Of a DNA stretch of 64,000 bases, positions 12,919 through 27,100 are shown piece by piece. Every line of letters begins with the position of its first letter. Position 1 is the stretch's first letter. The position numbers were made by a program, and so were the translations under genes. The notes under the pieces are model-generated. The model was not told the DNA's origin. It saw only the letters and a program-made list of their open reading frames with translations, and searched no databases. The DNA is from the human T2T-CHM13v2.0 reference genome, Homo sapiens. Location: the NCBI RefSeq assembly GCF_009914755.1, contig NC_060930.1. One strand, 5' to 3'.

Positions 12919-13185
12919 GCAGTGTTTCTCAGACTTGTGTATGCATACGAGTCCCCTGGGGATCTTGTGAACATGCAGGTTCTATCCTGTAGGTCATTTA
13001 ATTTCACTGAATTTGTGCAATGCAAAAAGTCCCTTTCTGAACCTGAATCCACAGATACCAGCATAACCTGGAGCCTGTTAGAAAGGCAGACTTTCGGATC
13101 CTACTCCAGATCCATAGAATCAGAATCTGCGTTTTAACAAGATTCCAGAGGGAATTCATTTGTACAAAATTTGGGAAACATCATC
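12919..13185. mobile_element. MER5-type hAT-Charlie fragments
   Basis: 'cagtgtttctcagactt', 'gaatcagaatctgcgttttaacaagattcc'. Confidence 0.65.
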
Positions 13186-13859
13186 CTGAAAATCACGTAG
13201 GATCAGCTATGTAATGGCAAAAGCAAAAGCAAACTTATGGTACCTTCTCTTTTTTATGTTATTCTCTGATTATTCCCTGAGGATGCAGCTGCATATAATA
13301 CGGAATCATTCATGTAAAGAGAAGCAACCTGTCCAAAATACCTTCCTTTTTGTATTGAATCTTGAAACAGTGATGTCATTTCCTATAATATACCACATAC
13401 TAACAGTTGCAAATTGGTATCTGAGGGCTGTGTCTAGACAGAAGATATGTTTTGTTGGTTATTTTGTTTGTCCTGTGGATGATTAAAAGGCAATGTTATT
13501 GGGCAGGTGTGAGCAGTTAGCAGCTATTTTTTCACATGGAGAAGATAATACAGAGGTGTTATGCATAGTATCTATAGGCATTTGAGTCTGGAATCCTTAA
13601 GAGTAATAATTCCCAACATAAATTCCATGGAACAGTAATGTAAGAATGATTAACAGGTATTATTTGAAAAAATAAAAAAAGTTTCTGTGATGCGTTGGCA
13701 TGATAAACAGTGAAACAAAAGAAATTTGGGGGGAGGATATTACAGAGGCTTTATATCATAATATGCAGTTTGAACCTCCACTGCAACATTTCTCAAGCTT
13801 ATTTACTCAGGAAATTCTGTGTCTCAAATGATTAGAGTTCTATAGAACATACTTTAGAA

Positions 13860-14192
13860 CAGGAGTCAGCAAACTATAGCCTGCAGACTAAATCCAACCT
13901 GCCACCTGTTTTTGTACTGCCTACAAGCTAAGAACAGTCTTTATGTATTTACATGTTTAAAACCAAAAGAAGAAGAATATTTCATTACACATGAGAATTC
14001 TGTAAAATCCAAATATCGGTGCTTATAAGTCAAGTTTTTTTGGAACACAATCACACTCCTTGGTTTACATTTTGCCTTTGGCAGCGATCATACTATAAGG
14101 GCAGAGTTGGCAGCTGAGACAGTGATCACATGGCCTGTAAAGCTGAAAATATCTATTATCTGACCCTTTAAAAAAAAGTTTGCCAACACCTA
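13860..14192. mobile_element. MER58B (hAT-Charlie)
   Basis: Termini 'caggagtcagcaaact' and 'agtttgccaacaccta'; 8-bp TSD ctttagaa/ctttagag. Confidence 0.85.
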
Positions 14193-14198
14193 CTTTAG

Positions 14199-14526
<328 letters not shown>

Positions 14527-14552
14527 TGCAATTACTTTTGCACCAACCAAAT
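14527..14552. mobile_element. MADE1 (mariner MITE) half-element adjacent to the Alu
   Basis: 'gcaattacttttgcaccaacc' is the MADE1/Hsmar1 terminal inverted repeat. Confidence 0.7.
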
Positions 14553-14847
14553 AAAAAGGCCTGGCTTCCTCAAATGGGAAATGATAATGATAACATAGTG
14601 TCTTTTTTGATGAGTATAAGTGTACTAACGATAACATTGTGTAGCAAATAAATATTTTCTCTTGTAGACACTTTGAAATCAATGTAAAATCATATCAAAT
14701 ATTCATTTTACTACATTATAATAAGAATTCCTTTCTGGGGATTACCACTGTTTTCAGACTTTTAAGAAATAGAGTTTAGATTTGATAACAAATTTTTGCA
14801 ATTTTCAGTTATTACAACATGTGCCTAAGTATATTTTAAGCTGATTA

Positions 14848-15213
14848 ATCTTTTCAAACTTTTTAGTCTCAGGAGCCCTTTACACTCTTAAAAATTATTA
14901 AGGGCCTCAAAGAAATTTTATTTTTATAGGTTATATCTATCAATATTTCAGAAATTAAAATTGAGAGAATTTAAAAAAGTATTACGCATTTTAAAATAAT
15001 AATAAACCATTTTATATAAATATCAATAACATATCTCTTGTGAAAATAACTATATTTTTCAAAGAGTGGCATTTTTGAAAAAATCTCATTAACATCTAGT
15101 TTGATAGGAGATAGCTAAATTCTCATATTACTTCTTTATTTAACTGTTGTGCTATTACACCTCATTAGGCCCCTGGAAAACTCCACTCATTCTTTGTGAA
15201 AGAATAAAAGTGA
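14848..15213. mobile_element. hAT DNA transposon, first part (resumes at ~19521-19628)
   Basis: 'tcaaactttttagtctcaggagccctttacactcttaaaaattatt' resembles a hAT element start. The apparent matching end 'gagagtgaaaaaggcaaataatgtcttag...ccacactttgaaaa' lies at 19521-19628. Confidence 0.65.
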
Positions 15214-18200
15214 TCTCAAAAAATTTTTTAAAAATAAATCGCATCAAGTATCTTATCTGACCACAATGAAAAAAACCTAGAAATAAATAATAAGAGGACC
15301 ATGGGACATTTGGAACTGTGCAAATACATGTAAATGAAACAAAAAGCACCTGTCCAACCAATGAGTGAAGGAAGAAATTAAGAAGGAAATGTAAACATTC
15401 CTTGAAACAAACGAAAATAGAAACACAACATACCAAAACCTATGGGGCACAGCAAACATAGTATTAAGAGGCAAGTTTATAGCAATAAATTTTTACATAA
15501 AAAAGAAAGATTTCAAGTAAACAACCTAATGATATACCTCAAGGAATTAGAAAAGCAAGAACAAACTAAATTCAAAATTAGCAGAAAAAAAGAAATAATG
15601 AAGTTCAGAGCATAAATAAAATCGAGACTAACCAAATAGAAAAAAACTCAGTGAAACAAAAAGTTGCTTTATGAAAAGATAAACAAAATTGACAAACTAT
15701 TAGCTAGACTAAGAAAAGAGAGAAGACCCAAATAAATAAATGAAATCAGATCTGAAAAAAATGACATCACAACTGATGCCACAGAAATACAAACGATCAT
15801 TAGAAACTATTATGAATAACTATATACCACTAAATTTGAAAAGAGGGAGAAAATGAATAAATTTCTGGACACATACAACCTACCAAGATTGAACCAAGAA
15901 GACAGAGAAAACTTAAACTTACCCATAATGGGTAACAAGATTGAATCCATAATAAAAAGTCTCCCAATAAAGACACGCCCAGAACCAGAGAGCTTCAATG
16001 CTGTCTACCAAACTTTTAAAGAACAAATACCAATTGTTCTCAAACTATTCCAAAAATTTGAAGTGGAGAGAATTCTTCCAAACTCATTCTATGAGGTCAG
16101 CATAACCATGATACCAAAACCAGATGAGGACACAACAAAACAAGAAAACTACAGACCAATACCCCTGATGAATATACATGTAAAAATCCTCAACAACAGA
16201 CTAGCAAACTGAATCAAACAGCACACAAAAATTTCAAACACCGTGATGTAGTAGGATTTATCCCAGGGATGCAAGGATGGTTCAACATACACAAATCAAT
16301 AAACATGATCCATTACAATAATAGAATGAGGAACAAAAACCATATATCATCTCATTAGATGCCAAAAGAGCATTTAATAAAATTCAACATTTCTTCATGA
16401 TAAAAACTCTCAATAAACTAGGTAATAGAAGGAAAATACCTCAATACAATCAAGGCCATATGTGACAAACCCATAGCTAACAACATACTGGACAGGGAAC
16501 AACTGGAACAAGACAAGCCACTCTTACCACTCTTATTCAGTATAGCACTAGAAGTCCTAGCCAGAACAATTAGGCAAGAGACAGAATTTAAGGGCATCCA
16601 GATTGGAAAGGAAGAAGTCATATTGCCTGTGTTTGCAGATGCCATGATCTTATATATAGAAAATCCTAAAGGCTGTACCAAAAAACTCTTAGAATTGATA
16701 AACAAATTCAGTAAAGTTGCAGGGTACAAAATCAACATGTAAAAATCAGTAGTGTTTCACACATAAACTAGCTGACAAACAAATGAAGAGAGTAATTTCA
16801 TTTCCAATTGCTACAAATACAAATTACCCAGGAACAAATTTAACCAAAGAGGTGAAAGATTTCACAAGGAAAACTATAAAACACAGATGAAAGAAATTAA
16901 AGAAGTGCACTCAAAAAAGGAAAGACATCCCAAATCATCCCAAATTCATAGACTGGAAAAATTAATATGTTAAAATGACCATACTATCCAAAGTGATCTA
17001 TATATTTAATGCAATCCCTATCAAAATACCAATGATAGTCTTCAAAGAAATAGAAAAAAAATCTTAACATTTGTATGGAACCACAAAATACCCTGAATAG
17101 CCATAGCAATCCTAAGCAAAAATAACAAAGCTGAAGGCATCACATTACCAGACTTCAAAATATACTATAAAGCTATAGTAACCAAAGCAACATAGTACTG
17201 GCATTAAAAACAGACACATAGACCAATGAAACAGAACCCAGAACCCTGAAATTAATTGACATATACAAAGCCAACTGATTTTTGACAAAGGTGCAAAGAA
17301 CATTCATTGGGAAAAAGACACTCTTTCAATAAATGGTGCTGGAAAAACTGGATATCCATATGCAGAAGAATAAAATCAGATCCCCGTCTCTCACTATATA
17401 CAAAAACCAACTCAAAATGGGTTAAGAGCTAAATGTAAAACTTGAAACTATACAACTGCTAGAAGAAAACAGGGGAAATGCTTCAGGATGCTTGTCTGGG
17501 AAAATATTTTGTGAATAAGACCTTTAAAGCACAAGGGACAAAAGCAAAAGTAAACAAATGGAATTGTCTCAAACTAAAAACCTTCTGCACAGCAAAGTAA
17601 ACAATCAACAGAGTGAAAGAGACAACCAACAGAATGGGAGAATATTTTTTCAAACTATTCATCTCACAGGAGATTGAAATTCAGAATATGCAAGAAACTC
17701 AAAGATCTCAATGGCAAACAAAAAACCTCCAATCAAAACATGGGCAAACTATCTGAATAGATAATTTTCAAAAGAAGATAGACAAATGACCAACACATAC
17801 ATGAAAAAGTATTCAACATCACTAATCATCAGGGAAACAAAACTAGAACTACGATGAGATATCATCTCATCCCAAGTAAGATGACTGTTATCAAAAAGAC
17901 AAAAAATGACAAATGCCAGCCAGGATGTGGAGGAAAGGGATTTCTTACACACTGTTGGTGGGAATGTAAACTAGTACAGCCACTACGGAGAACAGTATGG
18001 AGGTTCTTCTAATAAATCAAAATAGGACTACTATATGATTCAGCAAGCCCACAACTGGGTACTTATTGAAAGGAAAGACAATTATTATATTGAAAAGACT
18101 TCTGCACCATCATGTTTATTGTAGCACTATTCACAATAGCCAAGATATAAAGTCAATCCAAGTGTCCAACAACAGATGAATAAATTAAGAAAATGTGGTA

Positions 18201-18727
18201 TATACACAATGGAATACTATTCAGCCTTTAAAAAGAATAAAATCTTGTCATGCATGGCAACATGGCTGGAACTGAAGGACATCATATTAAGTGAAATAGG
18301 CCAGAAACAGAAAGTTAAACATCACATGATCTCATTTCTATATGGGAACAACAAAAAAAGTTCTTGGAAGTAAAAAGTAGAAGAGAGGTTACTAGAAGCT
18401 GGGAAGTGTAGGGGAAAAGGGGAGATGAGAAGAGATTTGTTAAAGTATACAAAATTACAGCTAGAAAGAAGGAATAAGTTTTAATGTTTGATAGCACTGT
18501 GGAATGACTATAATTAACCATAATATATATTTAGAAGTAGCTAGAAGAGAGAATATTAAATGTTTCCAACACAAAGAAGTGATAAATGTTTGAGATGATG
18601 GATATGCTAATTGCCCTGATCTGATCACTAAACATTGTATATATCAAAACATCAATATGTGCCCCACGAATATGTACAATTCTTATGTGTCAATTAAAAA
18701 CATAAATTAATTAAAAAATTAAAAAAA
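15214..18727 (+). mobile_element. L1MA (L1MA2-4-like), 5'-truncated, ~3.5 kb, decayed ORF2 plus 3' UTR
   Basis: ORF 15853-16212 ([16 protein letters not shown]...[16 protein letters not shown]...ENYRPI) is L1 ORF2. 'gtttgcagatgccatg' encodes an FADA variant of the RT motif. L1MA-type 3' UTR and A-rich tail. Confidence 0.95.
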
Positions 18728-18729
18728 CT

Positions 18730-19390
18730 AGTTAGTGTTGAGAAGGATGTAGACCATATGTAATTTTCACACATTGATGGTGGAAATACAAAATGGAACA
18801 GTTATTTTGGAATACAGTTTAGCAGTTCTTTATAAAGTCAAACATATATTTACCATATGCCCCAGTCATCCATCTTCTAGGTATTCATCCAAGATAAATG
18901 AAAGCATATTTTTGTACAACAGTTTGTTCCAGAAGCTTCATTCTAGCCACAAACTGGAAACAACTCAAATGTCTTATAGAAGATAAATGGATAAACAAAC
19001 TGTGGTAAATCCATACAATGGAATACTATTCAGTAACAAAAAAAGAACAAAATACTGATACACATAACAACATGGATAAATTTCATTTCTGTTAAGTGAA
19101 AGAAGCCAGACGTAAAAGATACGTACTGTATAATTCTTTTATGTGAAATTCTAGAAAGCGTGTAAGTATAGTGAGAGAAAGCAGGTCTGTGGATGCTCAC
19201 AGCCAGGAAAGAAGGGGTTACCTATAAAGGGCACAAATGAACTTTGGGGGGTGATGGAAATATCCTATACCTTGGTCGTTGTGGTGATTGCACAGCTACA
19301 TACATTGATCAAAACTCACCAGACGTATACCTAAAGTTGGTCAACTTTAGCCTATATAAATTGTACCTCAGTAAAGCTGATATTAAAAAT
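18730..19390 (+). mobile_element. L1ME-like 3' end
   Basis: 'aaactgtggtaaatccatacaatggaatactattcag', 'gggggtgatggaaatatcctatacc', 'ttgtacctcagtaaagctga'. Confidence 0.8.
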
Positions 19391-19397
19391 CAATCAC

Positions 19398-19500
19398 ATG
19401 GCTATACAGCAGTGTGAATGTACTTGATGCCACTGAACTGTACAATTAAAATGAATAAAATGGTAAGTTTTATGTCATGTATATTTTATCTCAATTAAAA
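19398..19500 (+). mobile_element. L1MB-like 3' terminal fragment
   Basis: 'gtgaatgtacttgatgccactgaactgtaca...tttatgtcatgtatatttta'. Confidence 0.7.
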
Positions 19501-19520
19501 TACATGGATAATATCCCTCC

Positions 19521-19628
19521 CTAAAAATGAGAGTGAAAAAGGCAAATAATGTCTTAGAATTGTTATGGGCCCTCTGAAGGTGTGTCAGGGGCCCCCAGGG
19601 TTCCCTGTACCACACTTTGAAAAGTGTT
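19521..19628. mobile_element. hAT DNA transposon, distal part
   Basis: Appears to continue the element broken at 15213; ends 'accacactttgaaaagtg'. Confidence 0.6.
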
Positions 19629-19663
19629 ACTCTTTTGTAACTAAGAATGAATAATCATATACA

Positions 19664-19664
<1 letters not shown>

Positions 19665-19699
<35 letters not shown>
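19665..19699. repeat. (CA)n microsatellite
   Basis: About 17 uninterrupted CA units. Confidence 0.98.
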
Positions 19700-19703
<4 letters not shown>

Positions 19704-20969
19704 ACACTCATACACACGTTTATACTGGTAAAAATTATCAACAATCTTCAATTTAGGAATGAAGTGTTTCAATTGTTTGCTTATAAGTATCCTGTTTGCT
19801 TGTTGAGCCCAATTGACTTGTACTAATAGTATTTCAGAACCCATCTGTTTAGGTATTTGTGATTCTGTGTATAAATATAGAGAGAGTCCAACCTGGGTGA
19901 CAGGAACATGACTCCCTTCTTGCTGACTAGTAATGGTGCTGGAACCTCTATCCCCGCATCACTCCTTACCTGTTAGTGAAATTTGGGATTTCTTCAGCCC
20001 CAAGCTACTACTGGGGTTCCCCTGGCCAGGGTTGGAGGTAAGAACCTGATGAAAATAGGGACTTGGGATATGAGTAGGTAGGTGTGAAAAACTTTTCTTT
20101 TATGAAATGCAGGGATTAGTGCAACATTTTTTTCACCCTCTTGCTTCTGTGTTTTGGATCAAGTCCTGTCTTGTTCTCTCCTGTTTCCCCATATCCTCCT
20201 ATATTTGTTAGACCTCTTACAATTCAAACTAGCTTACTTAAAGACAAGATAATTTGTTGGTTCACATTCCTTGAAAAGTCCAGGTATAAAAGGTAGAGGA
20301 GCTAACTTCAGACACGTTTAGATGTCATCAGGACGTTTTCTCTCTGTGTCTCTAAACTCTACTTCTCTGTGTTGGCATCATTTCTAGTTAAACTGGTCCT
20401 TTCCGTGTGGTGAAAAATAAGGCTAACTGAATGCATAGTCATCGTGGAAGGAAAGAAACCTGCTTTTTTACCAGTGATTAAATCAGTCCCAGATTAAATG
20501 ATGCCAGCTGGCCAACCAGGGTCACAAGCCAGTTTCTTAGTGGAAAAAGGAAGTCCTTGACTGGAAACCCCTCCAGAATACATGGAAAGGTGTAGGAGAA
20601 TTGGAGAAGGGATTCAGGGGAGACAGCAAGGGAAAAATTTGTCCTGCAATTCTTGTTTCTAAGTGAAATCAAGGACCTTTTGAAGTTTTCTGAATGTCTT
20701 TGCAATTTTTAAATTTTCATTGACAATTTGAATTAATTTGCTATAATAATTAATTGCTTTGAAGGAAACTGAGAAATAGATTCCAAACTGTAGATAAGAT
20801 ACAGACTTTTAGAAATGTCACTCTTCAACTAACCTAGTATTCTTCAACCCCAGCTAATCATGGCTGCATGCTCCTTAGCTTCATGATCAATGTATGTAGC
20901 TGTCTGTTTCTGTCTTGATCATTTCTGAAGCTGCTGTTTCCTTATGTTTTCTCAACACAGAGGCTACCA

Positions 20970-21090
20970 TGCCTTTTTTATTGAGGGGGAAGCTGAGACT
21001 TAGTGAAGTCAAATAATTTGTCCAAGGTCTCCATTAGTAAGTGACATTATAGAACTGAATCCTTTTCACCCCAAGCTAATTTTCTTTCCA
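20970..21090. mobile_element. MIR fragment
   Basis: 'gagggggaagctgagacttagtgaagtcaaataatttgtccaaggtc' resembles the MIR core. Confidence 0.6.
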
Positions 21091-21139
21091 CCATAGGCTC
21101 TACCTTCCAATTAAACCTCTTGCTAGCCAAATATGTTCT

Positions 21140-21600
21140 AAATTTGTTTATTCATTTTCCAAATATTTATTGACAGGCACTCTTCTGGACACTGAGGGAG
21201 GATACACAATGAAGAAAATAGACAAGTTCTTGTTCTCATGGTGTGAATACCCTAGCGGAAGGGCAGAAAATAAGCAAATAAATATATATGATGTCACATG
21301 GCAACACTACTGGCAAGAAGAGGATTGGAAAAGTGTGCTTTTTAATTAGGATGATTAAAGATGACGTCTTTGAGGTTACGGTTGACCAGAGCCCTCATTG
21401 AAGCCAGGAAGCATGGCAGGGAGATAGTGAAGGAAGGGCATCCCAGACAGGAGAACTGGAGGACAAAGGCTCTGGGTGTGAAAGTCTTTGGCATATTTAC
21501 AGGGAATAGGATAGAGGTGGGGGGACCTGGAACTGTTAAGGGGTTGGGGTGGAAGCAGCAGGAGATTAAATCAGAGAGGTAGCCAGAGGAGGTTTTATCC
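21140..21600. mobile_element. L2 3' fragment
   Basis: 'ttattcattttccaaatatttattga...ggcactcttctggacactgag' is the typical L2 terminus signature. Confidence 0.6.
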
Positions 21601-22944
21601 AGAGAGACCAGAGAGATGGCAAATATTCAACTGTGTGTTCTCATTCTCTGGAAGAAGAAAACACTTTATCATTTTACAGTGCTTACCTTGAGAATATGAA
21701 AAAAGAGAATCTTTTATCATTTCAGTCATCTATAAGTGAGTATTCAAATTTATATGTTCAATCATTTAGTAGTTCATTCTTACAGTCAACATTTACTAGG
21801 CACCCACTGTACCCTAGATACTCCGCCAGATGTTAGAGCTATGAAAAAGGAAAAGAGATACCATTTTCTATCCTCCAGAACCAGATGTGAGTATGTTGTA
21901 TACAACTGGAGGATGATCAGGTTGACAAGAGCATCTTGTATTACTGTCCACACATTTTTTACCCCCCAAAATGTGTGGTTTCCACAAGAACTAGCTGGAA
22001 GCCTGCCATTTACTGACACATTGCTACAAATTTTTAAATTAAATGTTTTACTAGAAATGGATTCAATGTGGTAACGGATCTGTCTGACTACGTTTCAGAA
22101 GGGTTTAAAAGCATTTAATTTCCATGTCACATCCATTAAAAGTTAATGATGTCATGCACTCCAGGGAGCAATCCATTTCATAATTTAAAGTGGAACCAAC
22201 AAAACACGACTCAAAAGGGAAATGAAGGTGACAAGGTACAGAATAACATGAACCAGTGTAGCTGCACCTGTCATGACCCTTCCCGGGGTTAACCTGGCAG
22301 AGAACAGAGAGTTTAAGGGAAATGAATCAGAGAACCAAGCCACATTCCATCTTCCTCAGAGAGAAAAGAGCATAAATCAGGAAGAAATAAAGTTTATGTG
22401 ATATGCAGCACACATTTTTAGCGTTGGTTTCCTTCACACTGAAATGAGGAAAACAGAGCATAAGGAAAGCCACGTGAGGGGACTGCATAATGAGCTGTGG
22501 GATTCCAGAGGATGTAGATCTCCACGAACCCTCTGACTCCACACTTGAACTGTGAGGCCAACTGGCACCCTCCCTCCGTCTCCACACTGCCTGAGGCTCT
22601 TTCCTGTGCCTGCGCTTCTGAACAACAGAGGAAACCCAGGGATACGCTCTTCCCAATACTCACTCCCCTGCCCTTCCAGCTCCTTCCACCTTGTTTACAT
22701 TTGTACTCGCGTATTTCATGTGGGTTGTGAAAGCTGGTAACGTTATGGCTACAGAGTGCTCTATTATATTTTCAAGGGCGGAAAAAGGCTGTATGTGAAG
22801 CTGCCAAATCAAATCCTTGCCAAAATGGTCCAAGCTAATGAGAAGGTTTGTAAATTACAGTTCAATGGATGAGACGTGGAGGACAAGGAATATCATGCCC
22901 ACCCAGCAAATAGAATCACTGAGCATCACTAGCTTTTTTACTGG

Positions 22945-23145
22945 TATATATATATATATATATTATATATATAATATATATTATATATATAATATATATA
23001 TCTTTTTTGCACTATATATATTTTGCACTATATATATACTGCAAAATACATATATACATATTTTGCACTATATATAGTGCAAAAAATATATATACATATT
23101 TTGCACTATATATATAGTGCAAAAAATATATATACATATTTTTGC
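22945..23145. repeat. (TA)n-rich tandem array containing perfect palindromes
   Basis: 'ttttgcac(ta)4gtgcaaaa' at 23061-23084 and 'ttttgcac(ta)5gtgcaaaa' at 23099-23124, in ~40-bp units. Confidence 0.95.
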
Positions 23146-24626
23146 ATGATCTTAGTCAAAGTATTCAAAAATTTAAGCATTTATAGAGTAAAGTTTCATC
23201 AATTCCTATACATTTAAGCTGGAACTAGATCGGGTGTTACTTAAACTGACAACTAATGCAATGTTTTATATAATACAGATGATCAATAAATTTCTGCTTA
23301 ATGAAAGAATAGGTGTCTACAAAAATAAATAGACACATTTAGATTGCAGAACCAATAATTAAGGGCAACTTTACCATTTGAGTCTACTTCCTGCCCCACT
23401 TCCTCCCCACAGTAAAGTTTAGAATTTTCCACATATTCTGATATGATTTAATTTTAACTAGTCCTATCACTTATCAGCTCATTTCTAGACTGATTAATGG
23501 ACATCGACCAATTTTAATTTATAAATTGGTCTTTTCCCTGTTTCTTTAGATTTTGGAAGTTTTGTGTGCATTTGCTTTGGAGCCAAACACGAGAAGAAAT
23601 TTTAAAAATCACAGCTCTTTGAGTCTTTAAACATTTTTCAAGTTATAAAGTCATTTAGTTTCAGAGACTTTTCCATTTTCTAGCTGAAAGCAATCAACTT
23701 TAAGAATCCCTATATAAGAATTCCTAGAAGTGCCTGGTCAGAAAATTAAAGCAGAGGAAGAATTGATTTCTTTGTTATAGTTTCCATAATCATTTAATCA
23801 GAAACAATACAAAAAATTAATCCATTTCTTAAAATGTTTACATGACACTTTCTATGCATATTCATTAAAAAGTATAAAATATTTTTGTAATGGATCAAAA
23901 TTTAACAAAATTTAATTTATTTTATTAAACTAAGTTTTTTCTTTAATAAAAACAATCATGATAATTAAGAAAATAGAAAGCATTCAAGTTAAAATAAAGC
24001 CAGTAATATTCCACACTATCAAGCTTAAAACATCATTATGAAAATTTTGAAGACGTTAATTTTAGATGTAGGGAATGGTAATTGCTTGGGCTTTGCCTGC
24101 ACATCAGTAGCAATGATAGTCAGATACAAATTTAGACTTTAACTTAATTCCTCTTTTCCTGCAGGTCCTTTCTCCTGTATAATTATACTCAATCATTAAA
24201 AAGAAATGAACTCAATATCTTAATATACATGGAATTACTCTGTTGTATCTACAAGAAGCACATTTCCTATTTTCAATAAGTTGAGTTGAAAAGAAAAGAA
24301 TGCAACTTTTTGAATTATTTTGTAAAATGCAGTTAGTAAAAGCTTTAGTGTTGCTTTTTGTCTTTAATTTGTTTTGTTAGTTGTTTCTTTCTGTGGTATT
24401 CACTATGATGCATTTTGTGTTGCTGGAAGCTAGTGGTAACAATGCAATAGACAAAAATACAGGGGAGTAAAGAATGAAGGGAACAGAAGAAAAAAAGGAA
24501 CTATGAGACTTTTCATGTGACATGTTCTAGAGCTCAGTACAGAGTACTGTGGAGTTTGGTTTTAGGTGGAGTTACCTCTGCCTATTGGAGTCAGGAATGG
24601 CATCCACATAAAAAAAATGTATCTGA

Positions 24627-26201
24627 AAAATGTCCAAAGCAATCTACAGATTCAGTGAAATACCTATCAAAATCCCAATTTTCTGTTTTTACAGAAAAAG
24701 AAAAAAACAATTTCAAAACTCATATGGGACCACTGATGACCACCAATAGCTAAAGCAATCCCAAGAAAGAAGGACAAAGTTGGAGGCCTCACACTTCTTG
24801 ATTTCAAATTACATTACAACGCTGCAGTAATTAAGAGTATATACTATCATAAAGATGGACATACTGCCCAGTGGAACAGAATGGAGAACCCAGAAATAAA
24901 TTCACACATATATGGTCAACTGATCTTTGACAAGGGTGCCAAGAATACACAACGGAGAAAGGCTTTTCTCTTCAACAAATGGTACTGGGAAACACACAAA
25001 AGAATGAAATTGTACCTTTCTATTATATACAAAATCAAATCAAATATATTAGAAACTTAAACCTAAGACCCAAAACTGTAAAACTCCAAGAAAAACATAG
25101 GGAAAAACTTTATGACTTTGTCTTGGCAATGACTTCATGGATATAACACGAAAAACACTATCAACAAAAACAAAAACAACATGAGACTACATCAAACTAA
25201 AAAGCTCCTGTGCAGCAAAGGAAACAATCAACGGAGTGAAAAGGCAATTGATGAAATGAAAGAAATATCCATGAACCATCTATCTGATAAAGGACTAATC
25301 TCCAAAATATATAAGGAACTTCTATAATTCAATAGCAAAAAAACCACATGACCTGATTTAAAAATGAGCTAAGGTTTTGAATAGACATTTCTCCAAAGAA
25401 GATACAAATGGCCAACAAATATAAGAAAAAATGCTCAATGTTACAAATCATTTGGAAAATGCAAATAAAAACCACCATGAGATTTTACTTCACACCTGTC
25501 CAGATGGATATCATCAAAAAAAAAAAAAGGACAAAATGTACTGATGAGGATGTGGAGAAATAGGAACGCTGGCACACTGTTGGTGGAAATGCAAAATAGT
25601 GAAGCTGCTACAGAAAATACTATGAAGATTCCTCAAAAAATTAAAAATAGAACTTCCATATATATGATTCAGCTATTCCACTTCTGGATATTTATCAAAA
25701 GAGTTGAAACCAGGATCTTAAAGAGATATCAGCAGCACTATTCGCAATAGTCAAGATGCAGAAATAACCTAAATGTCCATTGACAGATGAATAGATACAG
25801 AATATGCGATATATACATTGAAATATTATCAGCCTTAAAAAGGAAGGACATTCTATAATATGCAATGACATGATGAACCTGGAGGACATCAAGCTAAGTG
25901 AAATAAGCCAGTCACAGAAAGACCAATACTGCATTATTCCACTTATATGAAGTATCCAAAATAGTCAGATTCATAGAATCAAAGAATGAAATGGTGTTTG
26001 CCAGGGAATAGCAGGAGGGGGGAATAGAGAGTTATGAATCAACAGGCATAAGGCTCCAGTCAAGCAAGATGAATGAGCTCTAGAGATTTGCTGTACAACA
26101 TTGTACCTAGAGTCAACAATACTGTATTGTCTGTTTAAAATTTGTTAAGCAGTAAGTCTCATGTTAAGTGTTTTTACCACAATAAAATAAAATAGTAAAA
26201 T
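24627..26201 (+). mobile_element. L1MA (older, L1MA8-10-like), 5'-truncated, with TSD
   Basis: ORF2 C-terminal and 3' UTR motifs, A-rich tail; TSD aaaatgtatctga (24614-24626) / aaaatgtacctga (26202-26214). Confidence 0.9.
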
Positions 26202-26704
26202 AAAATGTACCTGAGATGAGACTTGCAGTCCTGTGTGAGGGACAGGAGTTTGCCCACAGAGGAGAGTGAAGATGGAGAGAATGTTACAGACAGGCCACAG
26301 CCTGCTTTGGGACCTAGAAGTGAGTAAACAGGCTCCCTACAGGATGTGCAGACAGCTGGGCCTGGGGAGAGAGTGCCGGGGATGCTCTGAGGGCCACTGG
26401 GAGGTGAGGCTGTAAGGCAAGTTGTGGCAGACCATCACAAGCCCTTCATAGACCTGCAAGAGACTTCCAGGTTTATGGTTTGCCTAACATGAGGGGCTAC
26501 TGAAGAGTTTTGTGCAAGACATGTGATGAAGTATTTGTGACATGATAAAATGTCGTTTCAGCCATCTTAAAACCACTCAAAGTTGACGGTCTCCTCTCCT
26601 GCCTCCTGCGGCTTCCATTACCATGGCAGAGACTGTGGTGTCTGAGGTGGTGTAGCGTACTGAAGCAAGGCTGTCTTGAAGAAGAGGAGACAACTCAGTA
26701 AGTA

Positions 26705-27100
26705 TGTTAGTCAGCATAAGCTAGGTTATGATGCAGTAACAAACAATGCTTACATTTCAGTGGCTTAGCACAACAGGAGGGTATCTCTCACTCTTTCTGG
26801 ATGCCCTACAGAAGACAGCGGGAGGTGGGGTGGGTCTGTTCCACAGTGTCACTCATGGACCAGACTCTGCCATCTTTTGACTGCACTATCTCCAACACAC
26901 GACCTTTTTAGTCACCACATCAGGGGAGAGACAACTGCAAGGGTTTGCAGTGGCTCCTTTATGCTTCACAATGGAAGTAACACATGCCATTTCTTTTTGT
27001 AGTCACAGCCAATTCCGTAGCTTTGCCTAACCACAGGAGGCTGGAAGACGGGGTGGGGGGGAAGCAGATGGGTGCTTGCTGAGCACTGCAGTCTCTGCCA
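26705..27100. mobile_element. MLT1-type MaLR LTR (old)
   Basis: 'tgttagtcagcataagctaggttatgatgcagtaacaaac...tcagtggctta'. Confidence 0.65.

Noticed and set aside
15853-16212. L1 ORF2-like peptide as a functional reverse transcriptase gene
   Set aside because: It is a fragment of a truncated L1MA with many stops and frameshifts.
22945-23145. CRISPR-like palindromic repeats
   Set aside because: Eukaryotic context, no unique spacers and no cas genes; this is a simple AT-rich tandem repeat.
24140-24170. Strong-looking splice acceptor (ttcctcttttcctgcag)
   Set aside because: No matching donor or coding frame downstream.
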